DNA of 64,000 nt from Haplodiscus bocki (lineage: Eukaryota), in NCBI GenBank assembly GCA_965655095.1, contig OZ296651.1:79546001-79610000 (forward strand). The letters run 5' to 3'. The notes beneath the pieces are model-generated. The model saw only the letters and a list, made by a program, of their open reading frames with translations. It was not told where the DNA came from and did no database searches. Shown piece by piece: positions 63,208 to 64,000 of the stretch. Within the stretch, counting starts at the first letter, position 1, and every line of letters begins with the position of its first letter. A program made the translations under genes and the position numbers.

Positions 63208-64000
63208 TTATACCGGGTTTTTGTCAACTCTGGCTCGTAAAAATTTCCTTCAATGTCTTCTCCTTCAGAGTCAACCAGCAAATAAGTGGGTGAGTTGAAG
63301 GTTGCAATTTTAGTAATCTGGAAGACTTCGTCAGTGAAGCGTTGTTTGTACCCTTTTTTGAACGCTACTTCTTCTTTGGCTATTCGAACTCGGTCTCCTG
63401 GCTTCAAGCTTGGTTCACTGACCAGTTTACTCGACTGTTGCGCTATTTGTTAAACCAGGTTTGTTAGATGCTTCGCCGAGACCTTGTTCGGTGCCAATCC
63501 TGGTACGCGGTTGATTCGAGAATTGATTGTCTTAACGAAAGACGGCAATTCGTTTATGTAGCCATAAGGCCATTTGCTCTCCAAACGTTTGTAGATGATG
63601 TTTCTGAGAGATTGAATATTGCGCTCTGCAAATGCCGACTTTGCTTCACGGTTTGTGGTGTAAGTGTCGATGTCTTTGGTTTCACAGAACTTTTTGAAAG
63701 CGCCTTTGAACTCGGTTCCTTTATCAGACCATACTTTCAATGGTTTAGTTTTGGTGATCATGCGACCAAAACATTCAAGTTTCCTCTGCACCCTCAGTTC
63801 GCAATGGCTGAAATCTGAATTTTCGTGACAGTACATCAACAGCGACAAAAGGTATTCAACACCATCGTTGTATTTAGCCAGTTAGTCTACATTAGCCAAC
63901 TCAATAGACCAGATCTCATTGATATCATAAGCAATAACTTGCAAACGGGATAAACGTCTTCTGTATTGTCTGTACTTCGTGAGTTTTTACTGTGTAAGAA
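63183..64000 (-). pseudogene. int: Maverick retroviral-like (rve) integrase, 5' end outside the window
   Basis: INEIWSIELA, KVWSDKGTEFKG, KSAFAERNIQSL, INSRINRVPGLAP, KPGDRVRIAK...FKKGYKQRFTDEVF, IEGNFYEPEL; stops and frameshifts. Confidence 0.92.

Larger units (their letters stand above)
50150..64000 (-). mobile_element. Maverick/Polinton (adintovirus-like endogenous virus), degenerate, truncated at the window end
   Basis: Co-oriented integrase, minor capsid, core protein, major capsid, cysteine protease and protein-primed PolB relics. Left boundary is tentative (AGTAGAAGT at 50150). Packaging ATPase and second TIR not seen. Confidence 0.93.

Overview
AT-rich, intron-containing animal (invertebrate) nuclear DNA, not prokaryotic. 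Four host genes lie on the minus strand: the first coding exon of SF3A1, a 2-exon extended synaptotagmin (about 897 aa), a 6-exon cytochrome c1 (about 288 aa), and a Fos-family bZIP gene with an 11.4-kb intron and no identifiable N-terminal exon in the window. Between and inside the genes is dense decayed repeat DNA: hairpin-terminated Helentron/HINE-like elements with 160-180-bp tandem units, Helitron-like 5' ends, tRNA-derived SINE heads, a 1.5-kb foldback palindrome, a 14x35-bp polarised tandem array and a CR1/L2 LINE relic. The last ~14 kb is a frameshifted Maverick/Polinton (adintovirus-like) endogenous virus truncated by the window end. It carries integrase, minor capsid, core protein (split by a TSD-flanked LINE fragment), major capsid, adenain protease, ZnF-EndoVII-pPolB and a 27-bp subterminal array. 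The most unusual signals are in this element: an opposite-strand cassette encoding a PC4-like ssDNA-binding protein plus a Rep_2/HUH-endonuclease-like relic, and an acidic pPolB tail ending in an NLS plus a phospho-SIM-like motif. All assignments are by eye and from motif knowledge; no searches were run.
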